DNA of 64,000 nt from an uncultured Burkholderiales bacterium. GTDB taxonomy: Bacteria; Actinomycetota; Acidimicrobiia; IMCC26256; JAMXLJ01. The translations under genes and the position numbers were made by a program. This document shows positions 43,485 to 52,474 of the stretch, one piece after another; within the stretch, counting starts at the first letter, position 1; the number at the start of each line of letters is the position of its first letter. The notes beneath the pieces were generated by a model that was not told the origin of the DNA, searched no databases, and saw only the letters and a program-made list of their open reading frames with translations. The stretch spans positions 18,905 through 82,904 of the forward strand of contig CAZJSY010000001.1 of NCBI GenBank assembly GCA_964548555.1, read 5' to 3'.

Positions 43485-45213
43485 CGGCCGCCCGGGGCTG
43501 CAGTTCACGGAACGGATGTCGGGGTTCTTCTCAGTTGGGATCACTGACGACTATGAGCGTGGCTTCGACCAGGGCAGAGACGACGGCTCGCTGATCGAGT
43601 TCGTCGTGACGATCGACGTGCCGGACCTCGACGCGCTCGTGTCCCATCCGGAGCGGCCCGTCAGGCTGACCGGAACGGTCTTGGCGCCGGCCCTGTCGCC
43701 CCATCGATTCACCATCGTTGATGGCCGGTTCACGCTGTTCGCGCCGGACGCGGACCGGGTCGAGACTCTCGACATGAAGTACTCGATGCGGCTCGTAGCC
43801 GCGGACGGCTCGGTCTACCACCTCGAGGGCTTCAAGCCGTTGTCGTACGGCAGCGCGCTCCGCGCCTGGAGCGCGACCACGACGCTGTACACGCGCATCA
43901 TGCACGGGGACCGAACCATCGGTGTGGGAATTCTGCATCTGGGTGTCGAAGACCTCCTCCGTCAGCTGCAGACGCTGCGCGTGACGAGGGCCCGCTCGAG
44001 GCGCGAGGCAAGCCGCAAGCTCCGCTCGTTCGTCGCGCTGTTCAGCGGCACACTCGTACGCGCGTATTCCGGGGTTTTCGGTGTCGGCCATGCCTTCGAC
44101 GAGACTCAGCCAGCCGCCCAGCGCCGCCTTCGTCTGCCGCGGCCGGAAGTGATCTGGTGCGGACACGACAATCAGTGGCGCCACCACCGTGACGACGGAT
44201 CGTGGCTTCGACTGACGCACTACCCGGGTGGCCCCAAGGGACCCGTGATGCTGGCGCCCGGCTTCGGCATGACGACATCGGCTTACATCGCGACGACGAT
44301 CGACACGAACCTGGCCGAGTACCTCCACCGCAACCAGTACGACGTCTGGCTGTTCGACTACAGGGCGAGCCCCGACCTTCCGAGCGCGTTGCGCGACTTC
44401 ACGCTCGACGATATCGCCGACAAGGACTGGCCGGCTGGTGTACGCGAGGTGCGCCTGCGCACAGGCCGCGACGTTCAAGTGTTCGCTCACTGTGCCGGAT
44501 CGATGACATTCCTGATGGCCGTGCTCCACGGTATGACGGGTGTGTGCTCTGCGGTCTGCTCGCAGGTCACGACCCACCCGGTGATGACGTGGTTCAGTAG
44601 GTTCAAGGCCGAGATCCGCCTCGGACGCCTCCTCCAGGGATTCGGGCTCCGGACCATCTCACCGATTCTCCAGAAGACCTTCGGCGACGAGGTGCTCGAC
44701 GTCGTCCTCCGCCTCGCTCCCGTCCCACGAGGCGAGCGCTGTGGCAACGCCGTGTGCCACTGGGTGTTCGCGATGTACGGACCCACGCACCGGCACGCGC
44801 AACTGAACGAGGCAACGCACCGCGCGCTGGCTGAAATGTTCGGTGTCGGAGATCTGCATGCGCTCGATCACATTGCGTTGATCGCGCGGAAGCGTCACGC
44901 CGTCGATCACCGGGGTCGCGACGTCTATCTGCCCCATGTGCGGCGCCTCGCCTTTCCGATCATGTTCCTCGCGGGTCAACACAACCGGATCTTTCTTCCC
45001 AAGACGTCGAAGCGGACCTACGACTGGTTGCAAGCGAACAATGCCCCGTCGCTCTATACACGCGAGGTCCTGGACGAATACGCACATCTCGACGGCATCG
45101 TCGGCAAGCATGCGGTACGCGACGTGTACCCGAAGATTCGCGCGCACCTCGATCGGACCCAACCTCCACACCGGCACCGCGATGCCGCCCGGGCGAGCGT
45201 CAGGCCGAGCTGA
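43444..45213 (+). CDS. Alpha/beta-hydrolase-fold protein with N-terminal beta-rich extension
   Basis: Overlaps the upstream gene by 41 nt in another frame. HCAGS-type nucleophile elbow (FAHCAGSM). Start is ambiguous between 43444 and 43516. Confidence 0.7.
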   Translation: MRTSGSRGASTGVDGRPGLQFTERMSGFFSVGITDDYERGFDQGRDDGSLIEFVVTIDVPDLDALVSHPERPVRLTGTVLAPALSPHRFTIVDGRFTLFAPDADRVETLDMKYSMRLVAADGSVYHLEGFKPLSYGSALRAWSATTTLYTRIMHGDRTIGVGILHLGVEDLLRQLQTLRVTRARSRREASRKLRSFVALFSGTLVRAYSGVFGVGHAFDETQPAAQRRLRLPRPEVIWCGHDNQWRHHRDDGSWLRLTHYPGGPKGPVMLAPGFGMTTSAYIATTIDTNLAEYLHRNQYDVWLFDYRASPDLPSALRDFTLDDIADKDWPAGVREVRLRTGRDVQVFAHCAGSMTFLMAVLHGMTGVCSAVCSQVTTHPVMTWFSRFKAEIRLGRLLQGFGLRTISPILQKTFGDEVLDVVLRLAPVPRGERCGNAVCHWVFAMYGPTHRHAQLNEATHRALAEMFGVGDLHALDHIALIARKRHAVDHRGRDVYLPHVRRLAFPIMFLAGQHNRIFLPKTSKRTYDWLQANNAPSLYTREVLDEYAHLDGIVGKHAVRDVYPKIRAHLDRTQPPHRHRDAARASVRPS

Positions 45214-48200
45214 GCAGCTCGCGCGCACGCTGCTCGATGCCCGCGGCACCCACTGCGCTGGCACCCCGGAGCGCATGCTCCGCGAGCGCGACGGCGCGTG
45301 CCGTGGACCGGGAGTCGCCCCGCCTCGAGAGCATCTCGGCCCAAGCGAGCTCCGTTCGCGCCACCCAGACCGGAGCACCCATCCGCTCGTGTGTCGCGAG
45401 CGCGGCGGCGAAGTGGCGCTCGGCGTCGTCGAGCCGTTCGGACGTCGCAGCGCAGAGCGCCAACGCCAGCTGCACCCCGCCGAACACGTGGGCACCCGTG
45501 AACGCGATCTGATCGGCCCACGGAGTAAGCCGCTTGTAGAGCAACGCCGCTGCGTCACCGTGCTGCAGGCGCGCGCTGACGACCGACCATTCGATCATCG
45601 TCGCGAGCCATGTCTGGTCGTACGGAATGCTCCCGAATCGATCCGAGTATCCGAGATCGAGGAGCTCTGCTGCGTAGTCGTCGTGGCCGATCTCGACGTA
45701 TGTCATCGCGAGCGAACCCATGAACGCCGGGAGTCCCGGGTTTTCCGCTACCGCGCGACTGACGACACCCTCGAGCTCCTGGAGGCGGCCCTGGTCGTAG
45801 CGGATCAGGAAGATCTGGCCGGCGTACACCGCCCACGCATCAGGCTGACCGCTGCTCGTTCCGATCTCGAGCGCGAGCGACGCCAGCTCCTCCGCTTCCC
45901 AAAGGTGTCCGCCGAGCAACGCACGCCATGCCGAGTGCAGCGCGGCCTCCCATCGCAGCACGGGAAGACCGAGCTGGCCGGCAATGGCACGTAAACGGTC
46001 GAGGTGATCGTCGGCTTCGGCGATGTCGGCGGCGCTGAGAGTCGCGACCATGCGGTACATCGACGCCCAGAACAACGGGACGGGGTCACCGACGCGCTCC
46101 GCGAGTGACAGGTTCTCCGCCGTGTTCTCCAAACGCTCCCCGAGTGTGTCGGGTACCCAGATGGTGTTGGGCCGCCGGGTCAGCACATACGACAGCGTTT
46201 CCAGGTCGGCGACGCGACGGGCGATGGCGAGCGCCTCGTCGCTGAGGGCCAGCCTTCGCTGCCAGTCGCCCGAGTAGCTCAGCTCGGCGGCGAGCGTCGA
46301 CAACAGGCGAGCCCGCGCCGGGCTGTCATCCGGTCCGACCGCCGTGACTGCAGCCTCCAGGACGGCGACCCGTTCGAGGTCGACTGCACCTGCCGCGCTC
46401 GCCCACCCGCGCGTGTTCGTGAGCGCGGCATGGACGAGGAGCTCGTCGTCGCCGACGTCGCTCGCGTGCGCCGCCGCGCTGAGCAGCGTGTCCCGATAGG
46501 CGGGATCGCCGGCTTGGCGTTGCGCGTCTCCGAGCAGGATCTCGAGCTTGACGCGTTCCCGATCGGGTTCGTTGGGAGCGGTCCCACGATCGAGAAGCCG
46601 CAAGCCGTGCTCGAACCAGCGTCGTGCGTCCTGGGGCGCGAGTCGCTCGAGCGCGTGCTCACCCGCGCGACGTGCGTAGTCGAGCGCACGCGGATCGGGC
46701 GCCGTCGGATCGGCGAGGAACCAATGATGTGCCAGCTCGGCCATGCGATCGCCGAGACCCAGATCGGGCCGGCGCTCCATCACCTCCGCGACCTGGCGGT
46801 GGATCCGCCGGCGGCGAGTGGTGCTGATCTCCTCGTACAGGGTTTGCTGCATGATCGCGTGCACGAATCCGAAGCAACCCGCGCGGTCCAGCGTTTCGGT
46901 GACGATCGACGCTTCGCTCGCGAGCTCGAGGATCTCGAGGAGCGCGTCCTCCGTCTCGCCCGACACCTCCGACAGGAGCGCGAGGTTGAACGCCCGACCG
47001 ATCACCGCGGCGACCGTCAGGACACGCGGCGCTTGTCCGCCGAGGCGCCTGACACGGCGGCTGACGACGTCGCGGACACTTTGGGGTACGTCGAGCTCGG
47101 CACGGGTGCCCAGCGGATCGGCATTGGAATCGAGCATCGTGCCCGACTCGGTCATGTTGCGCACCAGCTCGCCGACGAAGAAGGGGTTGCCACCCGTCTC
47201 CTCGCGCAGCACGTCGGCATGTCGCTTCAGCTGCGCGGCGCCGAGCTCAACGCCGACGGCGTGCAACAACTGCTCCACCGCATCCTTGTCGAGTCCCGCC
47301 AACCGCATGCGTCGGACGTTCGGCACGCCGCGCATGTCGGCGAGGAAGTCGACGACCCGATCGGCCGCGAAGAGGTCGGTCTCGCGGAACGTTCCCACGA
47401 GGAGCAGCCGCATCTGCGGCGCGGCCGTCACGATGTGCTCGAGGAGGAGCAGCGTGGGCTCGTCGGCCCAGTGCAGGTCGTCGAGCACGAGCACGACCGG
47501 TCGATCCTGCGCGCACTGATCGAGCAACGACACGACGGCACGGAAGAGCAGGAAACGCTCCACTTCGGGGTCGCGCGCGGGCACCGCATCGGTGTGCGGA
47601 CCCGCCGGCTGCGACGGCAGGAGGCGGAGAAGCTCGGGACCGGCGTGCTCGGCCCAGCGTTCACGCTGTTCTCGTGGCGCGGTCGCGAACAGCTCCTCGA
47701 GCGCGTCGACGAATGGTTGGTACGGCACGAGGGCGAGCTCGTTGCAGTGCCCGTAGAGGACGAGTGCGTCATCGTCCCAGAGGCGTTGGGCTGCCACCGC
47801 GACGAGCTGGGTCTTTCCGATGCCCGGTTCTCCGGCGACGAGCACGGCTTGCGCGGTTCCATTTCGCGCCTCGTCGAATGCCTGGAGCAGGAACGTGAGC
47901 TCTTCGCCGCGGTTGACGAACGGACGGTCGACCAGACGCGCGAGTGCCTGGGGGAACGCGACGGCGTGGGGCGGCTCGGGGACCCCGCCGGCCGGCGTGT
48001 CGACAGGGGCGGGACGAACCTCGAACACCAGCTCGGGGCGGGCCAGATCCTTCAACACGCGGCTGCCGAGGTCCTCGAGGACGATCTCGGTGGGGAGGTG
48101 ATCACGAACGAGCTCCGCGGTCGAGCCCGAGATGAGCACCTGTCCGCCCGCGGCGGCGGCACGCAGACGGGCGGCGCGATTCACGGCCGGCCCGAAATAG

Positions 48201-49294
48201 TCGTCGTTGCGCTCGATGGCCTCACCGGTGTGCACGGCGACACGGATCTGCACCGGGGTTTCCTCGGGCCAGGGCTCCGTCGCGAACCGTTGCTGCACCT
48301 CGAATGCCGCCGCTACGGCGTCGGTTGCCCGTTGGAAGACGGAGAACGTGCTGTCGCCTTCGCCGCGGGATTTCAACAGGACACCGTCGTGCTCGTCCAT
48401 GATTTCGCGGATGAGCTCGTCGTGTCGCGTGAGCGCGGACGCCATCGACCGCGGCGCGCGATCCCATGAGCGCGTCGATCCTTCGACATCCGTCAAGAGG
48501 AACGACACGATCCCGCTCGGCGGACGCACTGCTTCTCTCGATCGCGTGGGCGGCCGCGGTCGGTCCAACGCGGCGTCCTGCTCGAGAATCATCCGCTCGA
48601 GCTTTGTGATGTCGGCGCTGGGCTGGATACCCAGCTCGTCGAGCAGCGTCGCCCGCAACCGGCTACAGATGTGCAATGCGTCGGCTTGGCGGCCGCTGGC
48701 GTAGAGGGCGAGCATGAGCTGACTCGCGAGACGCTCGCGCAGCGGATGTTCGGCGACGAGTACCTCGAGCTCGGGAACGATGTCGCGGTGCCGCTCGCGC
48801 TCCAGCTCGGCATCGAAGAGCGTCTCCAATGCCCAGAGGCGCAACCCCTCGAGCCGGACGGCTGCGGCGTGCCCCTGTGCCACATGGGCTACATCGGCCA
48901 GCAGCGGACCGCGCCACAACGACAATGCTTCACGAAGCCGCGCCGCAACAGCGGCCGGTGGAAGCTCCGCTTTGCCGACTTCGTTCACCGCGGCTTCGAA
49001 CCGGAGGCTGTCGAGCGCCTCGGGCGGCACCTCGAGCACGTAGCCCGAGCCGCGGGTCACGATCATCCCCGGATCGAGGAGAGCACGCAGCTGGTGGACA
49101 TAACCCTGCAGGGTGCTCTGCGCCGAGGCCGGCGGCTGCTTTTCCCACAAGTCGTGAACGAGGTGGTCGGCCGCCACGAACGAGTTCGCGTCGAGCAGCA
49201 GCCGGGCGAGCACGCTCCGCCGCTTCATGCCGCGGACATCGACGGCCCTGCCGTCGCGCCGGATTTCGAGTGGACCCAGGATGCCGAACCTCAT
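45200..49294 (-). CDS. Multidomain regulator: SARP (OmpR-type wHTH + BTAD) - class III adenylate/guanylate cyclase - STAND/AAA ATPase - TPR-like repeats
   Basis: MRFGILGPLEI SARP N-terminus, with the ATG 49294 preceded by GAGGTGG. BTAD region (LWRGPLLADV). Cyclase motifs FLLTDVEGST, GEGDSTFSVF and GPAVNRAARL. P-loop VAGEPGIGKT. Long helical-repeat C-terminus. Confidence 0.85.
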   Translation of the reverse strand: MRFGILGPLEIRRDGRAVDVRGMKRRSVLARLLLDANSFVAADHLVHDLWEKQPPASAQSTLQGYVHQLRALLDPGMIVTRGSGYVLEVPPEALDSLRFEAAVNEVGKAELPPAAVAARLREALSLWRGPLLADVAHVAQGHAAAVRLEGLRLWALETLFDAELERERHRDIVPELEVLVAEHPLRERLASQLMLALYASGRQADALHICSRLRATLLDELGIQPSADITKLERMILEQDAALDRPRPPTRSREAVRPPSGIVSFLLTDVEGSTRSWDRAPRSMASALTRHDELIREIMDEHDGVLLKSRGEGDSTFSVFQRATDAVAAAFEVQQRFATEPWPEETPVQIRVAVHTGEAIERNDDYFGPAVNRAARLRAAAAGGQVLISGSTAELVRDHLPTEIVLEDLGSRVLKDLARPELVFEVRPAPVDTPAGGVPEPPHAVAFPQALARLVDRPFVNRGEELTFLLQAFDEARNGTAQAVLVAGEPGIGKTQLVAVAAQRLWDDDALVLYGHCNELALVPYQPFVDALEELFATAPREQRERWAEHAGPELLRLLPSQPAGPHTDAVPARDPEVERFLLFRAVVSLLDQCAQDRPVVLVLDDLHWADEPTLLLLEHIVTAAPQMRLLLVGTFRETDLFAADRVVDFLADMRGVPNVRRMRLAGLDKDAVEQLLHAVGVELGAAQLKRHADVLREETGGNPFFVGELVRNMTESGTMLDSNADPLGTRAELDVPQSVRDVVSRRVRRLGGQAPRVLTVAAVIGRAFNLALLSEVSGETEDALLEILELASEASIVTETLDRAGCFGFVHAIMQQTLYEEISTTRRRRIHRQVAEVMERRPDLGLGDRMAELAHHWFLADPTAPDPRALDYARRAGEHALERLAPQDARRWFEHGLRLLDRGTAPNEPDRERVKLEILLGDAQRQAGDPAYRDTLLSAAAHASDVGDDELLVHAALTNTRGWASAAGAVDLERVAVLEAAVTAVGPDDSPARARLLSTLAAELSYSGDWQRRLALSDEALAIARRVADLETLSYVLTRRPNTIWVPDTLGERLENTAENLSLAERVGDPVPLFWASMYRMVATLSAADIAEADDHLDRLRAIAGQLGLPVLRWEAALHSAWRALLGGHLWEAEELASLALEIGTSSGQPDAWAVYAGQIFLIRYDQGRLQELEGVVSRAVAENPGLPAFMGSLAMTYVEIGHDDYAAELLDLGYSDRFGSIPYDQTWLATMIEWSVVSARLQHGDAAALLYKRLTPWADQIAFTGAHVFGGVQLALALCAATSERLDDAERHFAAALATHERMGAPVWVARTELAWAEMLSRRGDSRSTARAVALAEHALRGASAVGAAGIEQRARELLSSA

Positions 49295-49424
49295 GCCCAC
49301 CTCGCGGCTGCGTCCCTGGTTCCCGGCTTCGCTCGTGCGGACGCGAGATTAAGCCCCAACTGCGTCGAGCGCTCTCCCAATTTCTCTCTCTTGCCGAAGA
49401 GCGAGGAGGCGGTCAGCTCGTCGC

Positions 49425-49441
49425 CTTACGATTTTCGAAAC
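49425..49441. repeat. AT-rich 17-mer CTTACGATTTTCGAAAC, copy 2
   Basis: Exact copy of 38378-38394. Lies in the SARP-cyclase / response-regulator divergent promoter. Confidence 0.8.
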
Positions 49442-49491
49442 CCCGACATGCGCCTGAAACACCGGCGGGAGTCGCATATACAGTCAAAATC

Positions 49492-50211
49492 GTGAGCGCC
49501 ACCGAGGACGGTGCCGAGGTCAACGGTCGGGCGCACGTGCTCGTGGTGGAAGACGACCCGAACGTTGCCGAGGTTCTGGTCCGGTATCTCGAGCGTGAGG
49601 GTTTCGAGACCGCGGCCGTGGTCGACGGCTACGCGGCGCTGGCAAGAGCGGAGGAACGGCCACCCGACATCGTGGTACTCGATCTGATGCTGCCGGGACT
49701 CGACGGTCTCGAGGTGTGCCGGCGCCTCCGCGCGAGCACCCCCGTCCCCGTGATCATGCTCACCGCGCGCGGCGAGGAGGATGATCGGATCGTCGGCCTG
49801 GAAGTAGGGGCAGACGACTATGTGACCAAGCCGTTCTCGCCACGCGAGCTGACCGCGCGCGTGAAGGCCGTGCTGCGGCGGGCCACGACTCCGGCGGTTA
49901 GCGGCGGCAGCCGTGAAGTGCTCGTCGCCGGTGACCTCGTCGTCGACTCGGCATCACACGAGGTGCGGCATCGGGGCGAGGTCGTCGCACTGACTGCGCG
50001 TGAATTCGACCTGTTGCGCTTCCTCGCGCGGAGGCCTCGACACGTGTTCCGCCGGGAGGAGCTCCTCGAGCACGTGTGGGGTTATACGTACGGCGACGCG
50101 TCAACCGTGACGGTGCACATCCGCCGGCTGCGCGAGAAGCTCGAAGACGATCCGTCGGCTCCGGTGCACATCACGACGGTGTGGGGCGTGGGGTACCGGT
50201 TCGACCCATGA
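49492..50211 (+). CDS. OmpR/PhoB-family response regulator
   Basis: GTG start. VLVVEDDP..VVLDLMLPGLDG receiver and a C-terminal TVWGVGYRF winged helix. Confidence 0.9.
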   Translation: MSATEDGAEVNGRAHVLVVEDDPNVAEVLVRYLEREGFETAAVVDGYAALARAEERPPDIVVLDLMLPGLDGLEVCRRLRASTPVPVIMLTARGEEDDRIVGLEVGADDYVTKPFSPRELTARVKAVLRRATTPAVSGGSREVLVAGDLVVDSASHEVRHRGEVVALTAREFDLLRFLARRPRHVFRREELLEHVWGYTYGDASTVTVHIRRLREKLEDDPSAPVHITTVWGVGYRFDP

Positions 50212-51428
50212 CGCGCGCAAGGTTGCTCGCCGTGGTGCTACTCGTCGGCACCGCCCTCACCGCCGTCACCGCGGCCGTGACCGCGATGTCCACCAGCGAC
50301 GCGCTTCAGCTCATCGCGATCGCGACAGGCACAGCGTTGGTCGCGGCCGCCGGGGGCGCCATCGCGGTGTTCGTGCTTCGCCGTCGATCCGTCAGCGCGC
50401 AGATGGTCGCCGTCGCGCTGATGTCGGTGAGCGCGGTCGCGCTCGGCGCGTGGGCGTCGGCGCGGTCCATGTTCATCGCCGGGCACGACCTGTCGATGCT
50501 CGTCGTCGTGCTCGTTCCCGCGGGCACCATGGCGGTCGGCGCCGCCATCGTGCTGGGCGGCCGTGTGGTGGACACGTCGGAGTCTCTCACGGATGTCGCA
50601 CGTCGAATCGGAGACGGCGCACCGGGGCGCGCCGTCGACCGGAGCAACGCACCGTCGGAGCTTGCACGCCTCGCCGACGAGCTCGACGCGATGTCGGTTC
50701 GACTCGAGGAAGCACGGCGCCGAGAGCGCGCGGTCGACGCGTCGCGACGTGAGCTGGTGGCGTGGGTCTCACACGATCTTCGAACGCCGCTCGCAGGGAT
50801 TCGGGCAATGGTGGAGGCGCTGGAAGACGGCATCGTGTCCGATCCGGACACGGTGACGCGCTACCACCGCACGTTGCGTGAGGAGGCCGACCGGCTCGCG
50901 GCACTGGTGGACGATCTCTTCGAGCTCAGCCGGAGTCAGGCCGGCGTCTTGCGGCTGGAGCTGGAGCGTGTCTCGTTGTCGGACGTCGTGTCGGACGCCC
51001 TCGCCGGCGCGGCGCCTGTCGCGCTGGCAAAGGGTGTGCGGTTGCGCGGCGTGATGCGTGACCAGGTTCCGGAGCTTCGGGCGTCGGCACCCGAGCTGCT
51101 CCGTGCGCTGCGCAACATCCTCGAGAACGCGATCCGCCACACGCCTCACGACGGCACCGTGGTCGTGGAGGCCGGGCTCGAAGACGACCTGGCGTTCGTG
51201 TCCATCGTCGACCACGGTGGCGGGATACCGGAACGCGACCTCGACCGCGTCTTCGACGTCGCGTTCCGCGTCGATCCGGCTCGCCATGGCGACGGAGCCG
51301 GACTCGGCCTCGCGATCGCGCGGGGGTTGGTCGAGGCGCATCACGGTGATGTGAGCGTCCGCAACGAGAACGGAGGCTGCCGCTTCACGGTGCGTTTGCC
51401 CGTGGAGCGGGTCGAGCGCGCGCCATGA
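50208..51428 (+). CDS. Sensor histidine kinase (2 TM, HAMP-like, HisKA, HATPase_c)
   Basis: ATGA overlap with the response-regulator stop. H-box VSHDLRTPLAGI, N-box NILENAIRHT and G-box GAGLGLAIA. Confidence 0.85.
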   Translation: MTRARLLAVVLLVGTALTAVTAAVTAMSTSDALQLIAIATGTALVAAAGGAIAVFVLRRRSVSAQMVAVALMSVSAVALGAWASARSMFIAGHDLSMLVVVLVPAGTMAVGAAIVLGGRVVDTSESLTDVARRIGDGAPGRAVDRSNAPSELARLADELDAMSVRLEEARRRERAVDASRRELVAWVSHDLRTPLAGIRAMVEALEDGIVSDPDTVTRYHRTLREEADRLAALVDDLFELSRSQAGVLRLELERVSLSDVVSDALAGAAPVALAKGVRLRGVMRDQVPELRASAPELLRALRNILENAIRHTPHDGTVVVEAGLEDDLAFVSIVDHGGGIPERDLDRVFDVAFRVDPARHGDGAGLGLAIARGLVEAHHGDVSVRNENGGCRFTVRLPVERVERAP

Positions 51429-52474
51429 GGGTGCTGGTGACCGGTGGGGCCGGCTTCATCGGATCGTTCGTCGTCGACGAGCTCGTCGACGACGGACACG
51501 AGGTGATCGTCGTGGACTCCCTCCATCCGAAGGCGCACGGTGGCGCACCCGAGTACCTCAACCCGTCCGCGGTCTACCTCTGGGACGACCTGCGCGATCC
51601 CGACGTCGCGCTCGCCGCAACGGCAGGCGTGGAGGCGGTGTCTCACCAGGCCTCGATGGTCGGTCTCGGGCTCGGGTTCGGTGATGCCGTCGACTACGTG
51701 ACCAACAACGATGTCGCGACCGCGGTGCTGCTCGCCGCGTTGCACGATCGGGACTTCAGCGGACGCATCGTGCTCGGTAGCAGCATGGTCGTGTACGGCG
51801 AGGGCCGGTACCGCTGCACGGGTCATGGTGCCGTACGCGCCGAGCCGCGCAACCGAAACCGTCTGGAACGGGGCGAGTGGGAGCCCACATGTCCGATGTG
51901 CGGGAGTCAGCTCGTCGCCGAACCTGTTTCCGAGGATGCTCCGGTGGACCCCCGCAACGTGTATGCCGCGACCAAGCTCCATCAGGAACATCTCGTGACA
52001 ACCTACGGACGCGAGCACGGGGCGACAACCGTCGTGCTGCGGTACCACAACGTCTACGGGCCCCGTATGCCTGCGAACACGCCCTACGCAGGCGTCGCGA
52101 GCATCTTCCGCAGCGCGTGCCAGGCGGGAGAGCCGCCCCATGTGCTCGAGGACGGCCGTCAACGACGTGACTTCGTCCACGTGAGCGACGTTGCCCGGGC
52201 CAATGTGCAGGCGCTGTTCACGAGCCTCCGTACGCCGGCGATCTGCAACGTCGGCAGCGGCCATCCGTGCACGGTGCTGGAAATGGCGGCCGCGCTCACC
52301 ACTGCGTTCGGCGAATGCGCTCCCGAGCCGGTCGTCGTCGGCGGATACCGCCTCGGCGACGTACGTCACGTCTTCGCATCGGTCCGACAGGCGCGCGAGC
52401 TGCTCGGGTTCTCGGCCGCGATACCGCCCGACCTCGGCTTCACACGTTTCGCAGACGACGCGCTCCGCCCGTGA
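51425..52474 (+). CDS. NAD-dependent epimerase/dehydratase (extended SDR) with Cys/His-rich insert
   Basis: ATGA overlap with the kinase stop. VLVTGGAGFIGS and YAATK (YxxxK). Insert YRCTGH...CPMCGS (CxxH...CxxC). Confidence 0.85.
   Translation: MRVLVTGGAGFIGSFVVDELVDDGHEVIVVDSLHPKAHGGAPEYLNPSAVYLWDDLRDPDVALAATAGVEAVSHQASMVGLGLGFGDAVDYVTNNDVATAVLLAALHDRDFSGRIVLGSSMVVYGEGRYRCTGHGAVRAEPRNRNRLERGEWEPTCPMCGSQLVAEPVSEDAPVDPRNVYAATKLHQEHLVTTYGREHGATTVVLRYHNVYGPRMPANTPYAGVASIFRSACQAGEPPHVLEDGRQRRDFVHVSDVARANVQALFTSLRTPAICNVGSGHPCTVLEMAAALTTAFGECAPEPVVVGGYRLGDVRHVFASVRQARELLGFSAAIPPDLGFTRFADDALRP

Noticed and set aside
46430-48469. 679-aa plus-strand ORF antisense to the SARP-cyclase gene.
   Set aside because: It is a shadow ORF. 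The minus-strand frame carries ordered wHTH, BTAD, cyclase and P-loop motifs, and the plus-strand translation is a featureless Arg/Glu/Asp-rich sequence.
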